Of a stretch of 64,000 bases of DNA, positions 1 through 11,944 are shown piece after piece. The position numbers were made by a program, and so were the translations under genes. Within the stretch, counting starts at the first letter, position 1. Each line of letters starts with the position of its first letter. The notes under the pieces were generated by a model. It was given only the letters and a program-made list of their open reading frames with translations, searched no databases and was not told the DNA's origin. Source of the DNA: Pachysolen tannophilus NRRL Y-2460 (lineage: Eukaryota); the NCBI GenBank assembly GCA_001661245.1, contig KV454011.1, positions 2,282,987-2,346,986 on the forward strand, written 5' to 3'.

Positions 1-230
1 TTTTTTTTTTTTTTTTTTTTTTTAGCTTTCTTGGGTTATTGGGTTTTCTAATACTTTTAAGTCACTCGTTAGTGTACGTGCTAGGTTAGAAAGTTGAGAA
101 ATAAGTTTGGGAAACTGTGTTTTTTTTTTTTTTTGGAACTGGAGATATTTGGTTGATAATTTGTGTTTCAAGAGACTTTCATTTTTTTTTTTTTTTTTTG
201 TTTTAAAAAATTTGGTTATTTGGGCCAATC

Positions 231-1628
231 ATGACATCATATCAATCTTATGGCGGGACAGGGAATGGACATCATACTCATCATAAACGCTCTTCGATGA
301 GCGTATCGGTGGCTCCGTATTCGATACCGGTAAGGCCAAATTTAAACGGTAATGGTATTAGTCAACATAATTCAGTTAGTTTTGGGAATAGTCCATTTTC
401 ACCACCTCCTCCACCTCCTCCACCACCACACACGCTGTTGCAGCTGCCACTGCAACTGCTGCAACTGCTGCCACTGCTGCCACTGCCGCTGATACAGCAT
501 ACCGGCGGACCGTTGCCCACATATAGACACGGGCATAATATAGAACAAGTTTCATCTTCAGTTCCTTTACTTTCTAGGGAATTTGTGGTGAGAAGAATTT
601 CTGAAGGTGAAACAGGGAGATTAAAAGAAGAATTAAAATGTGAAGCATGTGGGAAAGGTTATAAACATATCTCATCATTGGCAAAGCATTTATGGGAGCA
701 CACTCCTGAGTGGAACGTTACAAAGAAGTTGTTGATTTCAAAACATCAGCAGGTACAATTGTTGGAAGCTGCAAGTATATTGTGCAGTATGAATGAACCT
801 CCGTTGTTCCCATTACCTCCTTCATCTGCTTGCTCTTCAACTTTCTCCTCACAGGAACATAGTCATAGTATTCATCATCATAATCATCATCAGCAGCAGC
901 AGCAGCAATTTAATCTGCAACAGGGACAAGCAGGAGAAGCAGGACAAACACCACCATTACCACCAAGTTTTGGAGGAGCAAGTTATAAATTGATGAATAC
1001 TACCGAAGATAATGTTGATCCGTCCACATCGTTATCATCAAATTCGCCCTCACCCTTTGATGTCAATTCTCCACAATACGCTTCATCATCAACGAATACA
1101 TCTCAGCTTTCAAATGGATTTGCACAACTGCCACAGAATATGCCTGCTGAAACAACAATTAAATTCCGTCATAATTCAATCTCACAGTACCCACCAATAT
1201 CTTCTTCTTATGGAAATGCTAATAATTCAATGGGATCACCTTTTCCAGGAAATAAACAATCATTATCAAATGGTGGATATTTAGATACTGCACAAATTAA
1301 ATATCAAAAATTTTCACATATATCAATTTCAAATAATAATGGGAAAAAAGAGGCTGAAGATGGTTTATTAAATACAACAAGTCCTAATATGAAAAACTCT
1401 TTTATCAATAGTAATGCTGGTAGTTACCTTGAAAGAAATACCAATAATAATCATAAAAATAGTGTTTCCACTTTAAATAGTGAACAAACCATTAAAGGCA
1501 CTACATTATTAGGTAAGGACCAACAAGAAATTGATGAAGAAGCAATTGAAGAGGAAGACGACGATGAGGATATCGATGAGAACATTGAAGAGGACGAAGA
1601 CGAAGGAGTTTTTGGTGAAATGGATTAA
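231..1628 (+). CDS. Fungal C2H2 zinc-finger protein (single finger plus conserved SKHQQVQLLEAA block), putative transcription factor
   Basis: CEACGKGYKHISSLAKHLWEH zinc finger followed by TPEW..TKKLLISKHQQVQLLEAASIL; low-complexity P/Q/H/S tracts; acidic C-terminus; CTG-rich tract at 435-491. Confidence 0.8.
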   Translation: MTSYQSYGGTGNGHHTHHKRSSMSVSVAPYSIPVRPNLNGNGISQHNSVSFGNSPFSPPPPPPPPPHTLLQLPLQLLQLLPLLPLPLIQHTGGPLPTYRHGHNIEQVSSSVPLLSREFVVRRISEGETGRLKEELKCEACGKGYKHISSLAKHLWEHTPEWNVTKKLLISKHQQVQLLEAASILCSMNEPPLFPLPPSSACSSTFSSQEHSHSIHHHNHHQQQQQQFNLQQGQAGEAGQTPPLPPSFGGASYKLMNTTEDNVDPSTSLSSNSPSPFDVNSPQYASSSTNTSQLSNGFAQLPQNMPAETTIKFRHNSISQYPPISSSYGNANNSMGSPFPGNKQSLSNGGYLDTAQIKYQKFSHISISNNNGKKEAEDGLLNTTSPNMKNSFINSNAGSYLERNTNNNHKNSVSTLNSEQTIKGTTLLGKDQQEIDEEAIEEEDDDEDIDENIEEDEDEGVFGEMD

Positions 1629-2479
1629 ACACTATCAAAATTCAAAAGAAAAACCCCTCACTGGAGTTTTTTCTTTCTTTTTACTTTGTTCATATGTTAT
1701 CATACTTTTGTTTTAATTTTTCTGATTTTATATCTAATTTTTAATCTTTTTTTTTTCTATTTTTTTTTTTATCTTGGGTTTAACAGAGATTGGTTTCCGT
1801 TACTTCTGTGAATATTAGTTATAAAATTTTTCCAAAAAAAAATTTTTCAAAAGTATATTCGTTTTTTGTTTTCTTTTAATTTTATCAATTTTTTTAATTT
1901 TTTTTGGCAAATAAGGAGAAAAAAAAAAGTTATTTTCTTATAATCAGGTATATCATGATATTTTCTAGTTGGTCTATAGTTATTGAAATATAATTTACAT
2001 ATAATTTAAACTCATAAATTCATAAATTCATCAACTCTTTATCTATTAAACTGGTTAAAGTCAAACCAAATTATCTTCAGTTCTCAGTTTTTTCCCCCAA
2101 AAAGAGGGAAAAAAATTTTTACACCCCCAAAATAGCCAAATTGGGGAAGTTTGAAGTAAATTACTTAATTAGGAAACCTGAATTTGTCTCTTTCCTAATT
2201 TGATTTTTGTTTACCTTTTTTTCCATTAATTTTTTTTTTAACGTGTTTCAACCGCCATATCTTAATGACCTCTATAAAACAACTTATAATAGTAAGAAAC
2301 TAGAAGAATAATTAATTGAATCAACTTTTTTTTTCTTTGTTTGGCCAGCTATTTTTTGCATTGTTATTCAAGTGATCTGTTGAGCTGTTGTGGTTTGGTT
2401 TGGTTTTGGTTTTTTTTTTCTAATTTTTTATCTTTTTTTTTTGTTTTTTTTTTCTTTCGCTTTTTTGACTTTGTGAAAT

Positions 2480-3583
2480 ATGATTGGAGAATCAAGGACT
2501 GATTTATTAAATTGGTTGAATTCAACTTTAGATTTGAAATATACCAAGATCGAGCAATGTGGTAGTGGTGCAGCTTATTGTCAAATATTTGATTCTATTT
2601 TCCAAGACATGCCGATGTCCAAGGTTAAATTTAATTCGAATTCAGAGTATACTCATGCAAGTAATTTTAAAATACTTCAATCTGGTTTTGTAAAGCATAA
2701 AATTGAAAGAAATATTCCAGTGGATAAATTGGTTAGATGTAGGTTTCAAGATAATTTAGAATTTTTGCAATGGATGAAAAAATTTTGGATGGAGAATAAA
2801 GATGAAACATTTTATGATCCAAATATTAGAAGAAATTCTAATGTTGTTAGTGCACCAGTTTCTGGAAATTTTTCTGGAACAACTACAGCAAATACAAATA
2901 CAAATACAAATGGACATGGACAGGGGCATGGACACGGAAAAGAGCAGTTTTCGTTATCATCAGCCAATGGCTCAAGGGTATCTTCGTTGGGGAATTCTAG
3001 AAGAGTTAGTAGCGTACAAAATTCTATTAATAAACCATTACAAGTGAAATCTAAATCTCCTTCTTCCTCAGATGGAGCTGCTAAAAAACGTGTTTCGTCA
3101 ATTGGAATCAATAGCACTTTGTCTTCGTCATCATTGCCATCATCAGCCTCGTTGTCTTCGTCGTCAGCAACAACGACTCAAGCACAATTCCAACATCAAA
3201 TCAATAACTTGACAAATGAATTAAATCATACCAAAGATATCTTGGATGGAGTAAATTCAGAATTAGAAGAATATAAAATCGCAGGAGAAGGTCTAGAGAC
3301 AGAGAGAAACTTCTACTTCAACAAATTAAGAGAAATTGAAATCTTGACTCAATCAATAAAAGAATTACTTGCATCAAATCCTGAAGATCAAGAAAATAAA
3401 ATTCAAGATCAACAGATAACAATCAATAGTTTGATTTCAAGCGTTGAAAGCATATTATACTCCACAGAAGAAGGTTTCCAAGTACCGGATACAGAAGAAG
3501 AATCTCAACAACAACAACAACAACAACAAAATAACCTCAAAGAGAACAACCAAGGAATGGTTATCGATGAAGAAATGTTCTGA
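2480..3583 (+). CDS. BIM1: EB1-family microtubule plus-end binding protein
   Basis: N-terminal CH domain (MIGESRTDLLNWLN, CGSGAAYCQIFD, FQDNLEFLQW); EBH motif LETERNFYFNKLREIEIL; C-terminal EEMF tail. Confidence 0.95.
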   Translation: MIGESRTDLLNWLNSTLDLKYTKIEQCGSGAAYCQIFDSIFQDMPMSKVKFNSNSEYTHASNFKILQSGFVKHKIERNIPVDKLVRCRFQDNLEFLQWMKKFWMENKDETFYDPNIRRNSNVVSAPVSGNFSGTTTANTNTNTNGHGQGHGHGKEQFSLSSANGSRVSSLGNSRRVSSVQNSINKPLQVKSKSPSSSDGAAKKRVSSIGINSTLSSSSLPSSASLSSSSATTTQAQFQHQINNLTNELNHTKDILDGVNSELEEYKIAGEGLETERNFYFNKLREIEILTQSIKELLASNPEDQENKIQDQQITINSLISSVESILYSTEEGFQVPDTEEESQQQQQQQQNNLKENNQGMVIDEEMF

Positions 3584-3936
3584 ATACTTTTTATAGTGTG
3601 GTTACAATTGTGTAGTTTGCTGAACGACCTTTTATTTTCGACCATTAAAATAAAATAAAATAAAACGTATTTATAATTTATATATATATAATATAATATA
3701 TTAATTAATTAATTATTTAATTAATTAATTAAATATCTTAAAAAGAAGTTTAGAAGTTTTAATCTTTGATTTTGTATTGTTTTAGTTGATGATATAGTTG
3801 GAAATTGGATTGGATTTTTAATTGAAGAGAAAGAAAAAACGATAAATTTTTTTTTATTTTTTTTGAATGAAAATAGTGGCAAGTTTGGAAAGTTTGGAAA
3901 ATTTGGAGAGATTTTTAAATTAGAAAAAGTCTTCTG

Positions 3937-6234
3937 ATGTCTTTGATGCTAGTAAAGACTTTGCCGGTGAAGCACCGTATGGTGCCTTTTTTGTTGACAA
4001 ATCAGTTGAAGTTGTCAACTTGCAGACCTATAATAGGGAAATTGAATCCTATAATATCAAATATAGGGTATAAAAACCCTGTTCGATTTAATTTTATTAA
4101 AAGTAATAGTAGTATACGGTCATTTTCAACAACTTCAACGTTATTGTTTCAAAAATCGAAATTTGTATTTGAATCTGAAGATAAAGATGATAAGAAGAAG
4201 AAGAAAGATGATAAGGATAAGAAAGAGTTCAATTTTAATGATTGGGTTAAATCAAAAGAGTTTAGAAATACAATGATTGCATCTTTTATCTTGACATTTT
4301 TATGGTCTTTACTACAACCAGTAGATACTACAAATCAAATGACTTTCCAAGATTTTAAATCTAAATATTTGGAAAAAGGTTTAGTTAAAAAAATTTATGT
4401 TATTAACAAATCTTTTGTTGAAGCTGAATTAATTACTTCAGGTAATGATAACCAAGTTGGTATGAACAATGGTGCTTTGAACTTTTTTGGTCAACAAGTA
4501 GTTGGCTTTACCATTGGATCAGTTGATTTTTTTGAAGAACAGTTGGATTTGATTCAAGATAATTTAGGAATTCCTCAAAATGAAAGAATCCCAATTGCTT
4601 ATGTTGAAAAAGTAAGTATATTTAGTTATATCTTACCTTTCGTTCCTACATTTGTATTATTGGGTGGTCTTTATTGGCTTACTTTCAAAATGAGAGGTGC
4701 TGGTGGTAAAGGTGCCGGTGGAGGTGGTATGGGAGGAATTTTCAATGTTGGGAAATCAAAGGCTAAACTATTTAACCAAGAAACCGCTGTTAAAGTTAAA
4801 TTTAAAGATGTTGCTGGATGTGATGAAGCTAAAGAGGAAATTATGGAATTTGTACAATTTCTTAAAAATCCTAAAAAATATGAAAAATTAGGTGCAAAAA
4901 TTCCAAGAGGTGCAATCTTATCTGGTCCACCAGGTACTGGTAAAACTTTATTAGCAAAAGCTACAGCTGGTGAAGCTAATGTTCCATTTTTATCAGTTTC
5001 AGGATCTGAGTTTGTTGAAATGTTTGTTGGTGTTGGTGCTTCAAGAGTTAGAGATTTATTTCAACAAGCAAGAAAGATGGCACCAGCAATCATCTTTGTA
5101 GATGAAATCGATGCTATTGGTAAAGAACGTAGTAAAGCAGGCGCAATGGGTGGTAATGACGAAAAAGAAGCTACTTTAAACCAATTATTAGTTGAAATGG
5201 ATGGTTTTGAAAGTTCAGATCATGTTGTCGTACTTGCTGGTACCAATAGACCTGATGTATTGGATAAAGCTTTATTAAGACCTGGTAGATTTGATAGGCA
5301 TATTTCAATTGATAGACCAGATATTGAAGGTAGAAAAGATATTTATAAAGTTCATTTGAAACAAATTACTTTGAAAGAACCTTTGACTGATAATTTTGCA
5401 GGTAAATTAGCTGCTTTAACACCAGGTTTTGCAGGTGCTGATATAGCAAATGCATGCAATGAAGCTGCTTTAATAGCTGCTAGAAATGATTGCAACTATG
5501 TCGAATTGAAACATTTTGAAATGGCAATTGAAAGGGTTATTGCAGGTTTGGAAAGAAAATCTAGAATATTATCACCAGAGGAGAAAACTACAGTTGCTTA
5601 TCATGAAGCTGGTCATGCTATTTGTGGTTGGTACTTACAATATGCAGATCCTCTTTTGAAAGTTTCAATTATTCCAAGAGGTCAAGGTGCGTTGGGTTAT
5701 GCTCAATATTTACCAGGTGATCAATATTTGATTTCTAAAGAACAATTCATGCATAGAATGATTATGGCATTAGGTGGTAGAGTCAGTGAAGAATTACATT
5801 TCCCCACTGTTACTACTGGTGCCTCTGACGATTTCAAGAAAGTAACTCAAATGGCAACCTCGATGATAACAAGGTTAGGTATGTCTCCAAAATTGGGTAC
5901 AATTGTTTTTGAAAATAATAAAAATAGTGGTGGTTTCCAAATCCATAAGCCTTTTAGTGAAAAGACAGCAGAATTGATTGACAATGAAGTTAAAGGTTTA
6001 GTTGATCATGCTTATACCAAGTGTAAGGAAATCTTGACTGCAAAATTGGACGAAGTCGATCTTGTTGCTAAAGAATTATTAAGCAAAGAGGTTATGACAA
6101 GGGACGATATGATTAGATTATTAGGCGAAAGACCATTTAAAGAAAGAAACGATGCTTTTGAAAAGTATTTAATGCCTCCTAAATTTTCTGGTGGAAAATC
6201 TGCTCCTCCTCCGCCTCCACAAGAAACCGCATAG
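3937..6234 (+). CDS. AFG3: Mitochondrial m-AAA protease subunit (FtsH family)
   Basis: Presequence, two TM segments, Walker A GPPGTGKT, Walker [17 protein letters not shown] zinc motif; [14 protein letters not shown] and the C-terminus resemble Afg3 more than Yta12. Confidence 0.9.
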   Translation: MSLMLVKTLPVKHRMVPFLLTNQLKLSTCRPIIGKLNPIISNIGYKNPVRFNFIKSNSSIRSFSTTSTLLFQKSKFVFESEDKDDKKKKKDDKDKKEFNFNDWVKSKEFRNTMIASFILTFLWSLLQPVDTTNQMTFQDFKSKYLEKGLVKKIYVINKSFVEAELITSGNDNQVGMNNGALNFFGQQVVGFTIGSVDFFEEQLDLIQDNLGIPQNERIPIAYVEKVSIFSYILPFVPTFVLLGGLYWLTFKMRGAGGKGAGGGGMGGIFNVGKSKAKLFNQETAVKVKFKDVAGCDEAKEEIMEFVQFLKNPKKYEKLGAKIPRGAILSGPPGTGKTLLAKATAGEANVPFLSVSGSEFVEMFVGVGASRVRDLFQQARKMAPAIIFVDEIDAIGKERSKAGAMGGNDEKEATLNQLLVEMDGFESSDHVVVLAGTNRPDVLDKALLRPGRFDRHISIDRPDIEGRKDIYKVHLKQITLKEPLTDNFAGKLAALTPGFAGADIANACNEAALIAARNDCNYVELKHFEMAIERVIAGLERKSRILSPEEKTTVAYHEAGHAICGWYLQYADPLLKVSIIPRGQGALGYAQYLPGDQYLISKEQFMHRMIMALGGRVSEELHFPTVTTGASDDFKKVTQMATSMITRLGMSPKLGTIVFENNKNSGGFQIHKPFSEKTAELIDNEVKGLVDHAYTKCKEILTAKLDEVDLVAKELLSKEVMTRDDMIRLLGERPFKERNDAFEKYLMPPKFSGGKSAPPPPPQETA

Positions 6235-6584
6235 ATTTTTTTTTTCATTACAGAATTTTTTTTTTCTTTATATATAACTTGATTTATGTTTGTTTTCCTG
6301 TATATATCTTCCATCAATGACATTTAAAAAAATGTATTAACTTTTACAATATTAATTACTTTTTTCCTAGTTTGCTTTTGTCTATTGTCGTTATTGATCA
6401 TAGTTCTGTTAGTTTTTATGTATTTCACTTTTTTTTTCTTTTTTTTTTTTTTTTTTTTTTGTTTATCGTTTTATAAATGTAATTATCTTTATAAGCATGT
6501 CAAGTTATTCATGATTAATGAAGGGTCTTCGAAAGAATAGGGAAGAGTAAATAAAGAGAACACAAGCCAGACTCAAGCTAATTT

Positions 6585-8699
6585 TTAACCAGAACCAATA
6601 GTAAAATCTGAATAATTCAATTGGAATCCAGGTTGTTCTTGAATAATCCATTTGGTGGCATCAAATACTTTATAGTTACCAATCTCATGAGTTTGAAATA
6701 CTGCTGGTTGAGAAATTTCTTGTAACCAAAATATTTTGCTCTTGTGCAATTTCCAGTTTCTTTGGAACAATACACTTTGAACAATTTTTTTCTCCAATGG
6801 TAATATACTATAGTAGTAAATGAAAAAAAGAGTTAGATCATCTACTGCTTGGATTGATTCAAAGTATGTACCATTAGATTTAATTTCCATCCAAGCACTA
6901 TAAGCTCTTTGACTTTCTAAAGGTTGCGGTACAACTTTATCAGGCAATGGCGAAAAATTTCTATAACCTCTTAATAAAGTGGTGATATTATTTATCGATT
7001 TAGGTTGCTCTCTATTTACTCCCTTTCTGACCGAAACAAAAGAAGTTATAATATCTTGAAGACCTGGAGGGAGTATCAATAGACTTTGATCTTCTGAAAC
7101 AAGTTTTTCAGCTTCACTTTGAGATTGAGGTTCGGATACAGATAAAGTAGCTGATTTGATGGTTGAAGATAAAGTTTGGGGATGTGTTTCTTCTCTTTTC
7201 GCGGTTGAAATTGCAGTTGTGGACTCAGAGTCTGTCTTGTCAAGTGCTACCTTACTCAATGTAGATGAATTAGGTGCGGTATCATTGTTAGTTGTTGATG
7301 TTGATGGTGGGGTTAATGAAGGTGCATTTATGGTGGCCGTCTTATTCAAAGGTGATGGTGTTGCCTGTATAGATGAATTATTTGAAACTTCATGATTAGT
7401 GTGCACGCCTCCATTCAAAGAATTACTTGTTCCAGGGGCTGCTCCTGCTACAACTCCTCCTGCTGCCGCTACCGCTGCTGCTGCTGCTGCTGCTGCCTCT
7501 GACCATGATAATTCACCTGCTGGTCTAACTGGCACTGGAGCTGGTTTCAACGTTGTGGCAGAAGGGACTGGAGTCGTTATAGTGGAAGCAGATACGAACG
7601 CATTCGACAGAGACACTTTTCTTCCCACTGGTGTCTTTCCTAATGCAGGAAGTTTTGACGAAGTTATAGATGATGCTGATGTTGATGTTGTCATCGTTGT
7701 AGACTGCTCTCCTGGGTGAGGGTGCTGTGGTTCATTAACGTTTTCGTCACCTCCATTACTTACTATACCATTCGATGCCTTTGTAGCAGATGGTGAAGAA
7801 ATAGAAGATTGTTTTGATCTTGTAGGTGCTCCTGCTTCTACTGCATTTTCCTCTTCTTTTTCAGCGGCAGCTGCGGCCAATGATATTGTAACTTCATTCA
7901 CCAAATCACTTGCATCCAAATTCAATTCATCGTATATTGTGTCATCTTCATAATATTCCGGATCTTGATTTGCTTCCAAGAAATACTCTATACTATCTTT
8001 AATATCCATAATCTGTTGAGGATGTAAGACATCATTTTCTAATAATCTTAGTATTTTTTCCAATTTTTCTTGATGAAACCTATCAACTCTTAAGAAATTT
8101 TCAACTTCAGATTTTCTTTCTCCATCAGCATTACTTCCACTTTTTTTACCTTTTTTAGAATTCACCTGTAATTTATCCTTTTCAGCTTCTAGTGCTTCAA
8201 TTTGACGCTCTATTTCATCCAATGAATTTTGAAGAAAATCACCAGCTACAATTCTTTCTTTCTCTTCAGGATCCAATTCTTTTGGCTTATTATTCATCAA
8301 AGATTGATCCGAATAAGCTTTCTGCTTCGAACCTTTTTCAACAATTTTATACTGTTCCATAGCATGTTCCACCAACCTTCGATTTTCCAACAATCTGGCC
8401 TTATCTTTTATTTCATTTGTAGATTGCCAAGTCTTGATCTGTTCTCTAAACCGCTGTAATTTCTTGATTTCCTTTTTCAAATCTGCCTCCAATTTCTCCT
8501 TCTGAGATCCATTCGTACAATTACCATGTCTCTCATATAAACTATCAAATACTTCTAACCCTTCTGATATTTTCTTGAAAACACGATCAATCTCCCTATA
8601 ACAAAAAATTTTCAAACGTTAGTAATTGATCCAAAACCACTTATCACCCAAAAAGATAAAAAAATACAATACTCACTGTTGTAACTTCCTATGAGCCAT
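6585..8699 (-). CDS. NOT3: CCR4-NOT subunit Not3 (Not3/Not5 family); exons 8699-8677 and 8595-6585
   Basis: Intron 8676-8596 (GTGAGT...TACTAAC...TAG) restores the canonical start MAHRKLQQEIDRVFKKI; Not3 N-terminal domain; diverged NOT-box C-terminus. Confidence 0.88.
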
Positions 8700-9017
8700 C
8701 TTCTTCCGTTGTTTCCCTTCACCTCAAATTCTTCTTAACTATTCTTTCGTCAACTTCTCTAGCAAAAAAAAAAAAAAAATTTTAATTTTTTAAAAAATTT
8801 TAATTTTTTTTTCTTTATAATATATAGCAAATAAATACGTTGAATCTTCTCAAGTTCCAATCCAAACAATAATAGCCAACAATCTAATGAACGGTTTCTC
8901 TAATTTAAGAGTTTCAACCTGTTATTACTGGGTTTCGTTTTCTACAGAAAGAAAGCTGGTTTTGTGTTGGTCAGAGTTTTGCGATGTAATTACCAAAAAA
9001 AAATTTAACGCTGTACA

Positions 9018-11061
9018 CTACTGGCGAAAGATATATACCAGAGCGACGACGACATATAATGAAAAGACCGCTAAAAGAGCTATAAACAAGGATCTATATA
9101 AGTTTGCATAGGCTTTCAAGAGCTCGATGGAGCTGTTGGAAGATGCTTGATTTTGCAGTGTTAGTGTCAGGTTAATGGAGGATGTAAAAGTTACTGTGAG
9201 TTGCTGCGGCTGGTCCAGGTTAGCGGCAAGGTCGGTTAGTTTCACCATTAGATGGGAGTTGATATCACTTTTCATGAAACTTGAGAATGGTTCAGTGAGA
9301 GCAGTTAATGGGATTTTCTGGTGGTTATTAGTTAGTATAAAAGTGTCATTTGTGTTTTTTTGTTTTGCTTTGGCAATTTTGGCAATTTTGGTAATTTTGG
9401 CTCTTGCATTAGGATATATGTATACTTACATAGATGGAGAGGTCTGGCTCAAATGGGAATGATTCTAGCATAGGATCAGTTATCAACTCTTGTACTTGCT
9501 CAATTTCTTCGTCAAAGATATTTTCAAGTTGTTGGAGGGCTTCTTCAAAGCAATTAGTAGCGTAATCATTTATTTCCACTTGATAGTTTTCCAAACTATT
9601 ATAATAATTACTGCTGCTGCTGCTGCTGTTATTGATATCTATATCTAAACTGTACTCTGAATTTCTCTTATACACATCACTTGCTGGTTGACTTGTCAGA
9701 CCACTATTTTCGAAAGAATCCAAGAGACTTTGAAGACAAAGGTAAGTTAAAATACAGAAAAATGCAATTTTTAAAAGGTTGGTCAAATAAGAATTCATGC
9801 CAAACATAAATGAATTGAACCAATGAAATTTAACTCCTTCATCACCTTGAGCTGTTTTTCTTTTGAAAACTTCAATTTGTAGTCTGGCAAATAAATCCAC
9901 CAACGGATTCAAAATATGATGGATTGGTGATAACGTATCTCTTGTAAATTTCAAATCTTTAGTAAGATTTTTGACAGCTTCTTGCTCATATCGAAATTCT
10001 ATCCATTTCCATGTGAATAAACAAACTAAGCAAATTAATATCAATATTGATATTGTTATATATTGTAGCCTTGTTGACTTGTTTGATTGTTGTTTGAAAT
10101 ATTTATCTATGTTGCTTATTTGCTTAGAATCATAATTTGACTCAGTTTCATTACTCGATAGAAGGTTAATACTAAAAATTGTACCTTTACTATAATTTTC
10201 TTCTTCAGAGTAATCACTTAAATTTGTAGAACTTAAACTTGAGATATCTGTTAAATTTTCTTTTAAATTTTGGAAAATCTCAACTGCACTGTTATAAGAA
10301 TTCTCATAAATAGTTGTTAAATTATCTAAAATTTCAATTCGTAAATCATCTAAATTCTCTTGCTCCAGATTTACATTATCCGATTCCTTTCTAATTTTAT
10401 CTTGTTGCTCATCTATGATACTAGATATCCAAGTATAGTTTATCTTTAAATCTTGCAAAACCGTGTCAGAAGTAGTTCCAACGAAAACAGCAGTATCATT
10501 GATTTTTTCTGAAATTTCTAGTATTTTTTTATTTTGCTCCAGTAAGCTGCTGTTTATCTCACTTGCTAAGCTAGTTAATATTTGAGGAAACATCTCGTTC
10601 AAGAATTCATCAGAAAAATTGCTCATTGTATTAATTTTTGTCTCAAAAGTTGAATTTAATAAATCCATTTGAAGTGTATGTGTTATATTCATTGTACTCA
10701 ATGTCTGGAATGACAAAGTCTCTGTTATATTTATCAAGCTGTCTATTAAACTTTCTTTTGAATTTTCTAACAAATCAGAAGAGTCTTCACTGTTATAATT
10801 TGTGATCTCATAAGTTGCATCAGAAATATTATAAACTATTTCGCTTGGATCAATACCCATAGAAATTGTGGAACTATCATCCATATCTTTTGATAAAGAG
10901 TTGACAATACATTTCTTTGTCAGACTCACTATAAGTAAACTTAAAATACAAAAAATTATTACTTCATGTATAAAAATCTGAGTTAATCTCGCTCTTAAAC
11001 ATAAATATGGTGTAGGATGGTCTATTCTATTTTCTGAAGTTGTCCATTTTGAATAATACAT
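9018..11061 (-). CDS. PRM1: Prm1-like plasma-membrane fusion protein; exons 11061-9430 and 9317-9018 (~643 aa)
   Basis: PYLCLRARLTQIFIHE matches the Prm1 N-terminal motif; multiple TM segments and N-glycosylation sites; intron 9429-9318 (GTAAGT, TACTAAC at 9337-9331, CAG) joins ORFs 9409..11121 and 9018..9275 in frame. Confidence 0.7.
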
Positions 11062-11944
11062 TATGAAGAATATACAGCAACAGGTTTCGAGAATTGCAAA
11101 TTTCGATAAAACCCATCTCAATTAACACTATTCATTACACACACACATATATATATATATAACCCAGAGTATTAAGCTTCAAGATAAATCTAAGATAAAT
11201 CTGCTTCTAATATGTCTGTAGAATGTTTTGAAAGTGCAAAGTAAAAAAAAAAAAGGTTGAGCCGCAGGAAGTGCGAATCAATCATTAATACCTCTTTCGA
11301 TTGAAACCTATGGAAAGCAGAATATAAAGAAGAAAAGTTTTCATCTAGTAAACAGCTCGATGAAAGTAGAATATTGGTCCAAATTAGTCACTAGTAAGAT
11401 TCTGTTTATAATTTGTAATTTTATTGTAGTGCGATTGAAAGTTGATATTATTTCCTAACTTCCCTATTTGCATGTGATGATCATTTTCAGTTTTCCTTTC
11501 TTTCTTTTAGGAAAGCAAATCGTTCAATTGGAAACTAAAGTTACATTTGAAACCTGAGCTGTATGTGTGATTACCAATAGTTCATAAGCGATCCATTGAT
11601 CTACTTCTTTTCCTATTGAAAATCTTTCACTGGGACATACTAATTTTAGAATAATATTGGTTTACCATTACAAGTTTATATCTTTTCACTAAATCATATT
11701 ACTGTAAAAAATGAATAAAGTATTAAATAAACATTTATACAATAGAAAAGAAAATTAAAAATAAAAATAAAATAAGATGAAAATAAAAGTTTTCAGTATC
11801 AAACCGTTCGAATTTCTTACAAAAATAAAAGACATATAAAAGCAAAAAAGCTGTAACAACAAATGAAAAAGCACAATATTACAAAACCAGATATCAAGAA
11901 GAAGGAGGAAAAAGAAAAAAGAAGAAAGCAGAATCCAAATAAAT

